The notes: generated by a model from the letters alone, not told the origin. DNA of 64,000 nucleotides from an uncultured Verrucomicrobiae bacterium (GCA_963775805.1 CAVZKG010000005.1:337234-401233), one strand, 5' to 3'; positions 42,653-52,373 are shown, numbered from the stretch's first letter. Translations and numbers: made by a program.

Positions 42653-45472
42653 ATGAATACAGAATCACCTGAGTTGGTGGCAAACCTCGGTTTGGCTTCG
42701 GCCTCGGAGTTTCCTCGCGTAATCCGGCGCGACCTTCCGGGCGCGAAATCGATGAAACCGCGGGTAGTCCCGTGGATCGGGCGAAAGATCGAGACAGCGG
42801 TTGATGCAGCCTGCGTTGCGGTTGGACATCCGCCGGTTGGCAAGGAGTTGCAGGCGGAAGTGGAATTTCGCGTGAAGAAAGAGTCCCCTCTTTTTATCCA
42901 TATCGAGGAGTTGCAGGATCTTGTTGAGAGCCTTTTGGTTGAGCTCAACTACGGGCTGGTCGCTCTGGCCTACGCCAAGTATCGCGCAAGACGCGCGGTC
43001 TTGCGCGAAATCGACGCTCAATCCGCGGCCAATGCCGCCGAACAACTTGAGTTAGCAGCTCCAAGCTGCGTCGGCGATCTTCGACGTCGGATTTCGTTTG
43101 CGCGGATCGGTTTGAACCTGACTCTTTCGGACTCAGAATTAATCGCACGGCTGATGCGCAGCGTTTCCCTCTCGCTCACACCGGAGGAGCAGCGCGAGAC
43201 GGTTATTCTGAATGCGAAAAATCTGCTGGATGTCGACGCCGATGGCCGATTTTTTGCGGGACGTATTCTTCTCACATACATCTACGAAGAGACGTTGCCC
43301 TGGAAAACAAGCGACGGAATTGACCGGCTCAAAGATGCGCATCGGAGGGCCTTTCTGGACTACATCCCGAATGGCATTCAACAAGGACGCCTTGATTCGC
43401 GACTCGCCGAGTTTCGATTGAATGAAATCGCCGATGCAATCGATCCATACGCCGATCTGCAGTACGATTTCATTGGGATTCAAAATCTGTATGACCGGTA
43501 CCTGATCCATCTAAAAGATCCAAGCCGGCACGACGGGCGGCGCCGTGTGGAATCGCCTCAGATTTTCTGGATGCGTGTTTCGATGGGTTTAGCTTTGCTG
43601 GAGCGAGAACGCGAAACGCGCGCGAAGGAGTTCTACGGGATCTATCGGGCCAAACGAGCCTGTTCCTCCACGCCGACGCTCTTTAACTCTGGAACGCGGC
43701 GTCCGCAGTTGTCGAGTTGCTACCTGCTTCATTGCGGGGATTCAATCGAGGAGATTGCCGAGACCTGGGGCCGATTCTCTGTGCTCTCAAAATGGGCGGG
43801 AGGACTTGGTTGCTCTTGGAGCGCGGTGCGTGGCACTGGCGCGCATATCCAGGGTACGAATGGGGAGTCTTCTGGCGTAATCCCATTCTTGAAAGTGGCG
43901 AACGACATCTGCGTCGCCGTGAACCAGGGAGGCAAACGCCCAGGTGCTCTGTGCAGTTACATCGAGCTTTGGCATGCCGACGTTGAAGATTTTCTCGATC
44001 TCCGCAAAGAGACCGGAGATGACCGACGCCGCACGCACAATATGAACACGGCGCTTTGGGTTCCGGATCTATTCATGAAACGCCTCCGCGACATCTCCGA
44101 AAGCCGCCTCACCAAAGACGCGACCTGGACCCTGTTTCGAGGAGACGAAACCCGGGATCTGCCCGAAATCTATGGGAGCAAGTTCGAAGAACGCTACCTC
44201 CAGTATGAAGCGTTGGCCGAGTCCGGTGCTATCTATGGCCGCAAGATCCGGGTGCTGGCGCTCTGGAAGCGCATGATCGAAGCGTTATTTGAGACGGGCC
44301 ATCCCTGGATCACTTTCAAGGATCCATCGAATGTCCGATCGCCTCAGGACCACGTAGGCGTCGTTCATAGTTCGAACCTCTGCACCGAAATCACACTCAA
44401 TACGAGCATGGAAGAGGTGGCGGTTTGTAACCTCGCATCGATCAACATTCCAAATCATTTGCATGAAGATGGCTCGATTGATCATGCGAGTCTCGAGGCT
44501 ACGATTCGCGTCGTCATGCGGATGCTCGATAACGTGATTGATATCAACTACTACCCGTCTAACGCCGCAGAGAGAGCGAATCTGCGTCATCGACCCGTTG
44601 GGCTTGGTGTCATGGGTCTCCAGGATGCGCTTTACATTAAGCGGATCGCATTTGATTCCCATGAAGCCGTTGATTTCGTTGATCAGATCACCGAAGCAAT
44701 CGCTTTTTACGCATACGCGGCCTCGGCAGACCTCGCGGTTGAGCGTGGCAGGTATTCGACGTTTGAAGGTTCGAAATGGGATCGCGGGCTTCTGCCGCTT
44801 GATACCTTGGCACTTCTCGAACAGGAACGCGGCATGCCGGTGCTGGTTGATCGCAAGAGCCGCCTGGATTGGGATAGTCTACGCGCTAAGATCCGTCAGC
44901 AGGGGATGCGGAACTCGAACTGCCTGGCGATCGCGCCGACTGCGACAATCTCCAACATCATGGGTTGCACACCCTGCATAGAACCGACCTACAAACACAT
45001 CCACACCAAATCGAATTTGTCCGGTGAGTTTGTCCGTACAAACGGCTATCTGGTGAAGGAACTCCTCGATCTCGGTTTATGGGATGAGGAAATGCTGTCC
45101 GATCTTAAATATTTTGACGGGTCGATCCAGGGAATTGAGCGGGTGCCGGAAGAAATGAAACGTCTTTACAAGACAGCATTTGAGGTTGAACCAACTTGGT
45201 TGCTCCAGTGTGCCGCAGTTCGTCAAAAATGGCTCGATCAGTCGCAGTCGGTGAACTTATTTCTTGCAGAGAATGACGCTCGGCTGGCCTCATTCATGTA
45301 TCGCGAGGCCTGGGAGAGGGGACTCAAGACCACCTACTATTTGCGGACGATCAACAAATCGGGCATTGATTCCAGCAATCGCGAGCGAAGAAAATCGGAG
45401 CCGGCCATTACGCCGGTCCTTTGTTCGATTGAGGCTGCAATGAACGGCACGATATGCGAGTCTTGCCAATGA
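42653..45472 (+). CDS. nrdA: Ribonucleotide reductase large subunit, class I
   Basis: 939 aa. N-terminal ATP-cone-like segment (VIRRD...KIETAV). SSCYLL, SSNLCTEITL...VCNLASINI, TTYYLR. C-terminal Cys pair CESC. Confidence 0.9.
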   Translation: MNTESPELVANLGLASASEFPRVIRRDLPGAKSMKPRVVPWIGRKIETAVDAACVAVGHPPVGKELQAEVEFRVKKESPLFIHIEELQDLVESLLVELNYGLVALAYAKYRARRAVLREIDAQSAANAAEQLELAAPSCVGDLRRRISFARIGLNLTLSDSELIARLMRSVSLSLTPEEQRETVILNAKNLLDVDADGRFFAGRILLTYIYEETLPWKTSDGIDRLKDAHRRAFLDYIPNGIQQGRLDSRLAEFRLNEIADAIDPYADLQYDFIGIQNLYDRYLIHLKDPSRHDGRRRVESPQIFWMRVSMGLALLERERETRAKEFYGIYRAKRACSSTPTLFNSGTRRPQLSSCYLLHCGDSIEEIAETWGRFSVLSKWAGGLGCSWSAVRGTGAHIQGTNGESSGVIPFLKVANDICVAVNQGGKRPGALCSYIELWHADVEDFLDLRKETGDDRRRTHNMNTALWVPDLFMKRLRDISESRLTKDATWTLFRGDETRDLPEIYGSKFEERYLQYEALAESGAIYGRKIRVLALWKRMIEALFETGHPWITFKDPSNVRSPQDHVGVVHSSNLCTEITLNTSMEEVAVCNLASINIPNHLHEDGSIDHASLEATIRVVMRMLDNVIDINYYPSNAAERANLRHRPVGLGVMGLQDALYIKRIAFDSHEAVDFVDQITEAIAFYAYAASADLAVERGRYSTFEGSKWDRGLLPLDTLALLEQERGMPVLVDRKSRLDWDSLRAKIRQQGMRNSNCLAIAPTATISNIMGCTPCIEPTYKHIHTKSNLSGEFVRTNGYLVKELLDLGLWDEEMLSDLKYFDGSIQGIERVPEEMKRLYKTAFEVEPTWLLQCAAVRQKWLDQSQSVNLFLAENDARLASFMYREAWERGLKTTYYLRTINKSGIDSSNRERRKSEPAITPVLCSIEAAMNGTICESCQ

Positions 45473-45529
45473 ATTCGGAGGCTCGAGCCTGGCGTGCCCT
45501 TCCAGAGGTCGAGTCTTCAAACGTAAAAC

Positions 45530-46033
45530 ATGGAAACGACCGATTCCGAAGAGCAAAAGGCTCCTCGATTGACGGGAAATGTCTCTCTGGATTGCGATGA
45601 GCGGTGCCCGATTTGCGAAGGGGACAATGGATGTCGCATCGCGAAAGGCTATTTATACAAAGGACCTTGCTGGTGCCAGGAGATCGCGGTTCCGGGGCAC
45701 ATCGTACGATCCTTGGGACTGAACCGCTTTGAGCCGGCGTGCATTTGCCGCACCTGTCTTCAAATGCTCGCCGAGCTTTCACGTGAGATGAACGATCCCG
45801 TCGAAATTCTCCGGAGGGTGAGAGCCGATCGTTTGCCTGCGCCGTCGGGCAACGCTGTGAATGATTACTATTTCGATCGCAACGGGAACATGGTATTCAC
45901 CGCGGAGTATCATCTCCGTCGAGGATTCTGTTGCGCCAACGGGTGTCTCCACTGTCCCTATACGACGGCCCCGCCAAGTTTAAAAATCTCGCTGTGCGCT
46001 AACTTCGCGCAGGATGATCAGAGGCAAAAATAA
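45530..46033 (+). CDS. Cysteine-rich CWC-domain plus DUF5522-like protein
   Basis: CPICEGDNGCRIAKG...GPCWCQEI...CICRTCL (CWC family pattern). C-terminal YYFDRNGNMVFTAEYHLRRGFCCANGCLHCPY (DUF5522-like). Confidence 0.6.
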   Translation: METTDSEEQKAPRLTGNVSLDCDERCPICEGDNGCRIAKGYLYKGPCWCQEIAVPGHIVRSLGLNRFEPACICRTCLQMLAELSREMNDPVEILRRVRADRLPAPSGNAVNDYYFDRNGNMVFTAEYHLRRGFCCANGCLHCPYTTAPPSLKISLCANFAQDDQRQK

Positions 46034-46044
46034 ACCATTTCGTC

Positions 46045-47442
46045 GTGGCGTGCTCGCCGACCGTCGAAGAGGTTCACGCGCTGGGACTGCATCTTGAAAA
46101 GCGAATGAATGTAAAACCTGTACGGTTGAACCAGTTCGTCGTCTGCCGGGCAATGACTCAAGCGCTGGTCAATCGGCATCCATTCTCATTCCTCTTGGAT
46201 TTGAGCCGGAGCAACGCTCCCGTATTCTTCTTCCGTTTCGCAAGGGAGAGAGTCTTTGTTTTCAATGACCCAGATCTGATCAAAGAGGTTTTGGTGGTGA
46301 ATCACGCGAAATTGCAAAAGGGGCGTGGCCTGGAACGAGCCAAACAAACGTTAGGGAACGGACTCTTGACCAGCGAGGGCGAATTACATCACAAACAAAG
46401 AAGAATCATCCAACCGGTATTTAATCACAGGAATTTGCAAGCATACGCGGAGCCGATGGTTGATCACGCTGCAAAATTATCGGCTTCTTGGAATGACGGA
46501 CAGCAGGTCAATATCACCGCCGCGATGACAGAGCTCACCCTGTCAATCGTTTGCCAAACTCTGTTCGGCTTGCAGTTCGACGGCGACGCGAAGAAAGTGC
46601 GAGAGCTTCTGGCACAAATGATCGGTGCGTTTCCGCTGTTCCTAGTGCCGTTTTCCGGACTCCTTGCAAAGCTGGGCGTCGCGAGGATTCGAAACGCTCT
46701 GGCCGCGAGAGAAGAACTGCACAGAACTGTTCGACGCTTAATCGAAAAACGCAGATCCAGTCCTTACCAAACGTTGGACTTGTTGAGTTTGCTCTTTGCG
46801 GCTCAAGACGAGGAAAGCGGAACACGGATGTCAGATCAGCAGATTGAAGATGAGACGATGACGATCTTCCTGGCGGGCCACGAGACCACGGCGAATGCGT
46901 TATCCTGGACTTTTTATCTACTGGCGCAGAATCCAGATTTCGATCACAGCCTCCGAACCCAATTGCGAACGGTTATTGGAGATCCGCCGCCGACTGTGGC
47001 TCAATTGTCTGAGTTGACCCTGTTGGATGAATTGGTTCATGAATCGTTGAGATTGTATCCGCCGGCTTGGATCATTGGCAGACGAGCGATGGAAGACCTC
47101 CAAATCGGAACGATTGAAATCCCGCAGCGGTCCCTGCTGCTTGTCAGCCCGTGGATCACGCATCGATCTGCAAAGTTTTTTCCTGATCCAACGGAGATGA
47201 AGCCTGATCGATGGACGGAAGCTTTTCGCAAGCAGCTTCCGCGGTACGCCTACTTTCCCTTCGGCGGCGGTCCCCGCCAATGCATCGGCGAAGGGTTCGC
47301 ATGGATGAAATTGAAACTTATCCTTGCGATTCTTTTACGCAATTGGCGCCTGGAACTGGTACCTGGCCAGGATATCCGACCAAAGCCCGCGATTACGCTG
47401 AAGTCGAATCTTCCAATTCATATGACTGTTCATCGAGTTTGA
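46045..47442 (+). CDS. Cytochrome P450
   Basis: Heme loop FPFGGGPRQCIGEGFA, I-helix FLAGHETTA, ESLRLYPP (ExxR). Start uncertain: GTG 46045, ATG 46105 or ATG 46153. Confidence 0.88.
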   Translation: MACSPTVEEVHALGLHLEKRMNVKPVRLNQFVVCRAMTQALVNRHPFSFLLDLSRSNAPVFFFRFARERVFVFNDPDLIKEVLVVNHAKLQKGRGLERAKQTLGNGLLTSEGELHHKQRRIIQPVFNHRNLQAYAEPMVDHAAKLSASWNDGQQVNITAAMTELTLSIVCQTLFGLQFDGDAKKVRELLAQMIGAFPLFLVPFSGLLAKLGVARIRNALAAREELHRTVRRLIEKRRSSPYQTLDLLSLLFAAQDEESGTRMSDQQIEDETMTIFLAGHETTANALSWTFYLLAQNPDFDHSLRTQLRTVIGDPPPTVAQLSELTLLDELVHESLRLYPPAWIIGRRAMEDLQIGTIEIPQRSLLLVSPWITHRSAKFFPDPTEMKPDRWTEAFRKQLPRYAYFPFGGGPRQCIGEGFAWMKLKLILAILLRNWRLELVPGQDIRPKPAITLKSNLPIHMTVHRV

Positions 47443-47594
47443 ATATCCTCTCGCACCGGATTCCCCCGTTGCAAGGCGACCGGAGAAGAGGAATAAAATG
47501 GACCCTGGAAACTTTCGCTGCTGTTGACGTATTCCGGAGACCCGGTAATCTGAGTTCGAGTTCTTTGATTTTGAGCGAGGATTATATCCTTCGC

Positions 47595-47800
47595 GTTTTG
47601 ATCGCAGAACAGAGGGAATGCCGTGAGAATCAGCAACAGTCCCGCTGCGGTAACGAGCTACAGACCTCCACGCACCGTTTCTCCGTCTGAGTGACGACGC
47701 GGCAAAGCCAATCGGGAAACCGGTGAAGGCGGGGGCGAGGATGCGTCACACGGGTGGCCAAGAAGCTTGGAGTCCGAACACCTCGTCTGACGATTTTACA
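47595..47800 (+). promoter_or_regulatory. Cobalamin riboswitch (5' leader of metE)
   Basis: AGAGGGAAUGCCGUGAGAAUCAGCAACAGUCCCGCUGCGGUAACG core, GCCAAUCGGGAAACCGGUGAAGGCGGG, and a divergent B12 box GGAGUCCGAACACCUCGUC (47769-47787). The RBS AAAGGAGA lies 6 nt before the ATG at 47834. Confidence 0.7.
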
Positions 47801-47833
47801 CAACCTTCATCGCAAGAATGAAAAGGAGACACC

Positions 47834-50173
47834 ATGGGATCTCGGATCCTAATTCATAATCTCGGTTATCCCCGCGTCGGCGCGACTCGCCAACTGAAGC
47901 GGGCCCTCGAAAATTATTGGCGCGCCGCGGAAACGGCCGACGAGCTTCAAAAAACCGCGTCCGAGTTGAGGCGCTTGAACTGGCTTCAACAACAATCTGC
48001 AGGAATCGATCTCATTCCGACCGGCGACTTCAGCTTTTACGATCACGTTCTAGACACCATCGCAATGGTGGGTGCAGTACCGGAACGCTTTGAATGGGAC
48101 GGTTTGCGAACGGATCTGCCACTCTATTTTGCAATGGCTCGCGGCAAAGTTTCCGACGACGGCGCCCCGCATGAGCAAGGAGGTTCTGCCCATTCGAATA
48201 CGCATTCCGATTCGGTTGGAGTTCACGCGATGGAAATGACCAAATGGTTCGACACGAACTATCATTATATCGTCCCGGAATTCCGTGAGGGGCAGCCGTT
48301 CGCACATTCATCGACCAAGGTGGTTGATGAATTTCAAGAAGCGCACAAGCTTGGGATAAGGGCTAGGCCGGTATTGTTGGGGCCATCAACATTTCTCCGG
48401 CTGGGCAAGATTCACGGCCGGGATTTTGATCGATATAGTCTGCTGCCGGGGTTGCTTGATATTTACGGTGAAGTTTTGCAGATCCTGGCCGCTTCGGGGG
48501 CGGAGTGGATTCAGTTCGATGAACCGATTGTTGCACTCGATATGTCACCGACGGAACGCCTCCATTTAAATGAGATCTATTCCCGTCTGACCCACGCAGT
48601 GCCTGCGCTAAAGATTCTTGTAACGACCTATTTTAATGATCTTGGTGAAAATCTTTCCGCATTCGCGGAGCTCCCTGTGCACGCATTGCATGTCGACGGC
48701 GCCCGTTCTGAACATGAACTCGATGATTTGATTAGACATGCCGGTGCGCAGAAAATCATCTCGTTAGGGCTCGTTCACGGCCGCGATATTTGGCGCAACA
48801 ATTATGAGCGCTCCCTCCGGATCTTACGAAAGGTCGTTTCGGCAGTCGGAGAGGAACGTGTCTGGATCGGTCCCTCATGCTCCCTGCTGCATGTCCCCTA
48901 TTCATTGAAATACGAGACGAAACTCGATCCGGAAATCAAATCGTGGCTCTCGTTCGCCGAGGAAAAACTGATCGAGCTCTCCGAGCTGCGTGAGGCAGTT
49001 GAAGGCAATGAAGAGATCGTGACTCGGAACCGCGAACTGCACCGGGCTCGTTCCGAAAGCGCGCGAATCCATCTTCCAGAAATCAAGAAGCGAAGTCAGT
49101 CCGTCGTAGAAGAAGATTTGAAAAGGAGCCACCCGTATCCGGTTCGCCGCCAGGTCCAGCAGGGACATCTGCAGCTGCCCGATTTACCGACCACAACAAT
49201 TGGATCCTTTCCGCAAACGGAACAGGTGCGTTCGACCCGGGCTCACTACCGAAAAGGCAAAATCGCCGAGAGTGATTACGAATCCTTTCTGAAACAGGAA
49301 ACCGCCCGAGTTGTGCGCTGGCAGGATGAAATTGGCCTGGATGTCCTTGTTCACGGCGAATTTGAACGAACCGACATGGTCGAATACTTCGGTGAGCAAT
49401 TGAGTGGATTCACCTTTACCGAGAACGGATGGGTCCAAAGCTATGGATCACGTTGCGTGAAGCCGCCGGTTCTTTTTGGAGATGTTCAAAGACCAAACCC
49501 GATGACGGTCCGATGGTCCAGGTTTGCTCAAGATCAGACAAAGAAACCGATGAAAGGAATGCTAACCGGTCCAATCACGATTCTTCAATGGAGCTTCGTT
49601 CGCGACGATCAGCCACGGTCGGAGACGACACGCCAGATCGCGTTGGCGATTCGTGACGAAGTGGTTGACCTCGAGGCTGCCGGCATTTCGGTGATTCAGG
49701 TAGATGAACCCGCGATGCGGGAGGGATTGCCTTTGAGAAAGGCTGCCTGGGCTGAATACTTGCGCTGGTCCGTGGACGCCTTCAAACTTGCCACCTCGGG
49801 CGTGAAAGATTCGACGCAGATTCACACTCACATGTGCTATTGCGAGTTCAACGATTTCGTTGAAGCAATCGCCGCACTCGATGCCGACGTGATTTCCATC
49901 GAGAGTTCCCGCTCCGAGATGGAATTGCTCGAGGCCTTCCGTACGTTCCAATATCCGAACGAAGTCGGACCCGGCGTGTACGATATCCATTCACCGAGGG
50001 TGCCCTCCGTTGAAGAAATCACTGGCTTATTAGAAAAAGCGCTCCGCGTTCTTCCGAGAGCTCAAGTCTGGGTGAATCCGGATTGCGGCCTGAAAACACG
50101 TGGATGGCCTGAGGTCGAGAAGTCACTGAACAATATGGTGACGGCGGCACGATCCTTGAGAGGTAAGCGGTAG
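47834..50173 (+). CDS. metE: Cobalamin-independent methionine synthase
   Basis: 779 aa. NLGYPRVGATRQLKRALENYW N-terminus and C-terminal zinc-site blocks (IHTHMCYCEF, NPDCGLKTR). Confidence 0.93.
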   Translation: MGSRILIHNLGYPRVGATRQLKRALENYWRAAETADELQKTASELRRLNWLQQQSAGIDLIPTGDFSFYDHVLDTIAMVGAVPERFEWDGLRTDLPLYFAMARGKVSDDGAPHEQGGSAHSNTHSDSVGVHAMEMTKWFDTNYHYIVPEFREGQPFAHSSTKVVDEFQEAHKLGIRARPVLLGPSTFLRLGKIHGRDFDRYSLLPGLLDIYGEVLQILAASGAEWIQFDEPIVALDMSPTERLHLNEIYSRLTHAVPALKILVTTYFNDLGENLSAFAELPVHALHVDGARSEHELDDLIRHAGAQKIISLGLVHGRDIWRNNYERSLRILRKVVSAVGEERVWIGPSCSLLHVPYSLKYETKLDPEIKSWLSFAEEKLIELSELREAVEGNEEIVTRNRELHRARSESARIHLPEIKKRSQSVVEEDLKRSHPYPVRRQVQQGHLQLPDLPTTTIGSFPQTEQVRSTRAHYRKGKIAESDYESFLKQETARVVRWQDEIGLDVLVHGEFERTDMVEYFGEQLSGFTFTENGWVQSYGSRCVKPPVLFGDVQRPNPMTVRWSRFAQDQTKKPMKGMLTGPITILQWSFVRDDQPRSETTRQIALAIRDEVVDLEAAGISVIQVDEPAMREGLPLRKAAWAEYLRWSVDAFKLATSGVKDSTQIHTHMCYCEFNDFVEAIAALDADVISIESSRSEMELLEAFRTFQYPNEVGPGVYDIHSPRVPSVEEITGLLEKALRVLPRAQVWVNPDCGLKTRGWPEVEKSLNNMVTAARSLRGKR

Positions 50174-51432
50174 CTCGGCATCGGCGATCGCAAGTTGATC
50201 AAAGAGCTTGCTTCAAAACAGATGAATTGTAACGAGCTCTTTGAGACGGTTGTCTTGGGGAAAGCGGCGGAATTGTCGGAAGTAACCGGAGAATTCTGCT
50301 CCCATAGTCTGCATTGCTCACAAATTATCGATGATTTGTGCGTGATGCAGGCCAGTCCCGCTTTCCGAGCGTATAGCAGACCAATCGTATTGCCCCAGAA
50401 CAACCAGATCACGGCGGCGATCGCGAGGTAGGGTCCGAACGGAATTTTCGCGGAACGCTCTCGATGCCCCAGCGCGATTGCCACGATGCTGATTACGGCG
50501 CCGACGAACGCGCCGGCTGCAATAGTGAAGAGAGTTCCCTGCCAACCGACAAATGCGCCGATCGCAGCGATCAGTTTCACATCACCGAATCCCATCGCTT
50601 CACGGGGGAATTGGCCGCCGATCGTTCGGCCTGAGAGTGTTCTGATTTTCTCGAGATCGATTTTCTTCCCATTCACGACGACGCGATCATGGAAAAATGT
50701 GATTTCCAGATCCTTAAACCCGGTTCCGTCGACTTCGACATCCGTCGCATGGAGAATGATCCGATCGGAGGGACGGACAAAATGGTCGTCCCACGAAAAA
50801 ATTTCTTCGCCGATTCTGAGTTGCAGCTCTTCGGAGCGCAAATTCTCGAGCCAAAAGTCCGCTGGTGCTTCCAGTTTGACTGTGTAGCGGCCAAACGCCC
50901 GCTTTCCGAGCTCGCTAATCAGATAAAGAATCAGCGCACCGGTGGCCCCTCCGATGAGGGACCATACTCCTGCTTCCAGTGGGGTCGACGAGTTTTGCAA
51001 TCCCGGTGTCAGAAGGCTTAGAATCAGACCGGCAACCATTCCTCCCTTGCTCATCGAATCCGGGATAATGAAAAATTCCAGGTCGACGAACGTGATGACG
51101 ACGAGAATTGAGAGAATCACCCAGACTGAAAAAACTGTCGGGACGGGAACCAGCCACGCGGCCATCGCAAACAAGATTCCGGTGAGAGTTTCCACGACGA
51201 GATAACGCGGACTGATCGGTGCGCGGCACTTGGCGCAGCGGCCACGCAGGAATATCCAGCTCAGAATCGGAATATTCAGGTGCCAGGGAATCGAAGACCG
51301 GCAGGTAGGGCAGAAAGATCTTGCCGGGTGAAGAAGCGAAATATTCCTCGGAATCCGATAGATACAAACATTCAGAAATGATCCGATGATTGCTCCGAAA
51401 GCGAAGCTCGCCGCAGACAGATAGTTCTGCAC
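50062..51432 (-). CDS. Prepilin peptidase (A24 family) with internal soluble insert and about 100-aa C-terminal tail
   Basis: N-terminal FGAIIGSFLNVCIYRIP...CPTCRSSIPW...RGRCAKCRAPISPRY. Catalytic region GFGDVKLIAAIGAFVGW. The ORF runs 112 nt into the 3' end of convergent metE. Confidence 0.75.
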   Translation of the reverse strand: MQNYLSAASFAFGAIIGSFLNVCIYRIPRNISLLHPARSFCPTCRSSIPWHLNIPILSWIFLRGRCAKCRAPISPRYLVVETLTGILFAMAAWLVPVPTVFSVWVILSILVVITFVDLEFFIIPDSMSKGGMVAGLILSLLTPGLQNSSTPLEAGVWSLIGGATGALILYLISELGKRAFGRYTVKLEAPADFWLENLRSEELQLRIGEEIFSWDDHFVRPSDRIILHATDVEVDGTGFKDLEITFFHDRVVVNGKKIDLEKIRTLSGRTIGGQFPREAMGFGDVKLIAAIGAFVGWQGTLFTIAAGAFVGAVISIVAIALGHRERSAKIPFGPYLAIAAVIWLFWGNTIGLLYARKAGLACITHKSSIICEQCRLWEQNSPVTSDNSAAFPKTTVSKSSLQFICFEASSLINLRSPMPSYRLPLKDRAAVTILFSDFSTSGHPRVFRPQSGFTQT

Positions 51433-51434
51433 GG

Positions 51435-51998
51435 TTATTGTTTTGACAAGGAGGGCTCTACAAGCTCGCAGATCAGGTGAATGATTACTTTATGGGCCTC
51501 CTGAATTCTCGCCGTGACTTGCTCGGGGACCAGGAGCTCGACATCCGCCAACCCGTGGCAGGTGCCTCCATCCCGTCCGAGCAGGGCGATGGATTTCATG
51601 CCCAGTTCCTTGGCTTGTTCAAGTGCGCGTTTGACGTTCTCCGATTTTCCACTGGTGGTCAACGCCACCAGCAAGTCACCGGAACTGCCAAATGCCAGGA
51701 CTTGCCGGGAAAATAGGTCAGCGAAAGAGTAGTCATTTCCGGTCGCCGTTAGGAGCCCTCCGTCCCCGGTGAGCGAGATTGCCGGATAGGGGCGCCTGTC
51801 TCCGATAAAACGGCAGGCAAGTTCGGTCGCGAAATGAGCGCTGTCCGATGCGCTGCCTCCATTCCCACACGCCAGGACTTTGTGACCCGAAAGCAAGGTT
51901 GCGCGAAGCAGATCCGCCGCCTCGGTCACCTGATCCTCCAATTCGAAGACTGTGCGAATCGCAGCAATAGAGTCGTTCAGACTCGCTCGGATAGACAT
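51435..51998 (-). CDS. gmhA: SIS-domain D-sedoheptulose-7-phosphate isomerase (GmhA/DiaA family)
   Basis: GNGGSASDSAHFATELACRF, LTTSGKSENV, HKVIIHLICE. Confidence 0.8.
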   Translation of the reverse strand: MSIRASLNDSIAAIRTVFELEDQVTEAADLLRATLLSGHKVLACGNGGSASDSAHFATELACRFIGDRRPYPAISLTGDGGLLTATGNDYSFADLFSRQVLAFGSSGDLLVALTTSGKSENVKRALEQAKELGMKSIALLGRDGGTCHGLADVELLVPEQVTARIQEAHKVIIHLICELVEPSLSKQ

Positions 51999-52046
51999 AT
52001 GACTGCGATCTTCCTCAGTGATACGGTTGATTTCAAGCTGGAAAAC

Positions 52047-52373
52047 ATGGCCGGAAGCCCTACCATGCCCTCAATGCGTCACTGGGTAGTTTTAATTATT
52101 GCAGTACTTTGTTTTGTCGGATGTGAATCCTCCGACGATGCGTTTGTTCCCGGCCGAGTTCCAAAGGAGACAGCGGTGGCAATCGCCATGCGTGCGAACA
52201 GACAATATCCTTATCCGCTTTCGAAGGTCACCCGCGTGGAGTGGCGTGCGAACCAAGGATACTGGGCAATTGACTTCAAGGATGAAGACGAAGATTACGG
52301 GAAGTTCTATCTCGTCAACGGTGCCGGAAAAATTGTCGGTACCGGCCAGATCCAAGGGGACAACTACTATTGA
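52047..52373 (+). CDS. Small lipoprotein (hypothetical)
   Basis: Lipobox in MRHWVVLIIAVLCFVGC|ESS. Candidate starts at 52047, 52065 and 52074. The longer 51834 ORF is antisense to gmhA and rejected. Confidence 0.55.
   Translation: MAGSPTMPSMRHWVVLIIAVLCFVGCESSDDAFVPGRVPKETAVAIAMRANRQYPYPLSKVTRVEWRANQGYWAIDFKDEDEDYGKFYLVNGAGKIVGTGQIQGDNYY

Noticed and set aside
47211-47690. 159-aa ORF bridging the P450 3' end and the metE leader.
   Set aside because: It overlaps the P450 coding frame and the cobalamin riboswitch core. It shows no motifs and a biased Arg/Ser composition.
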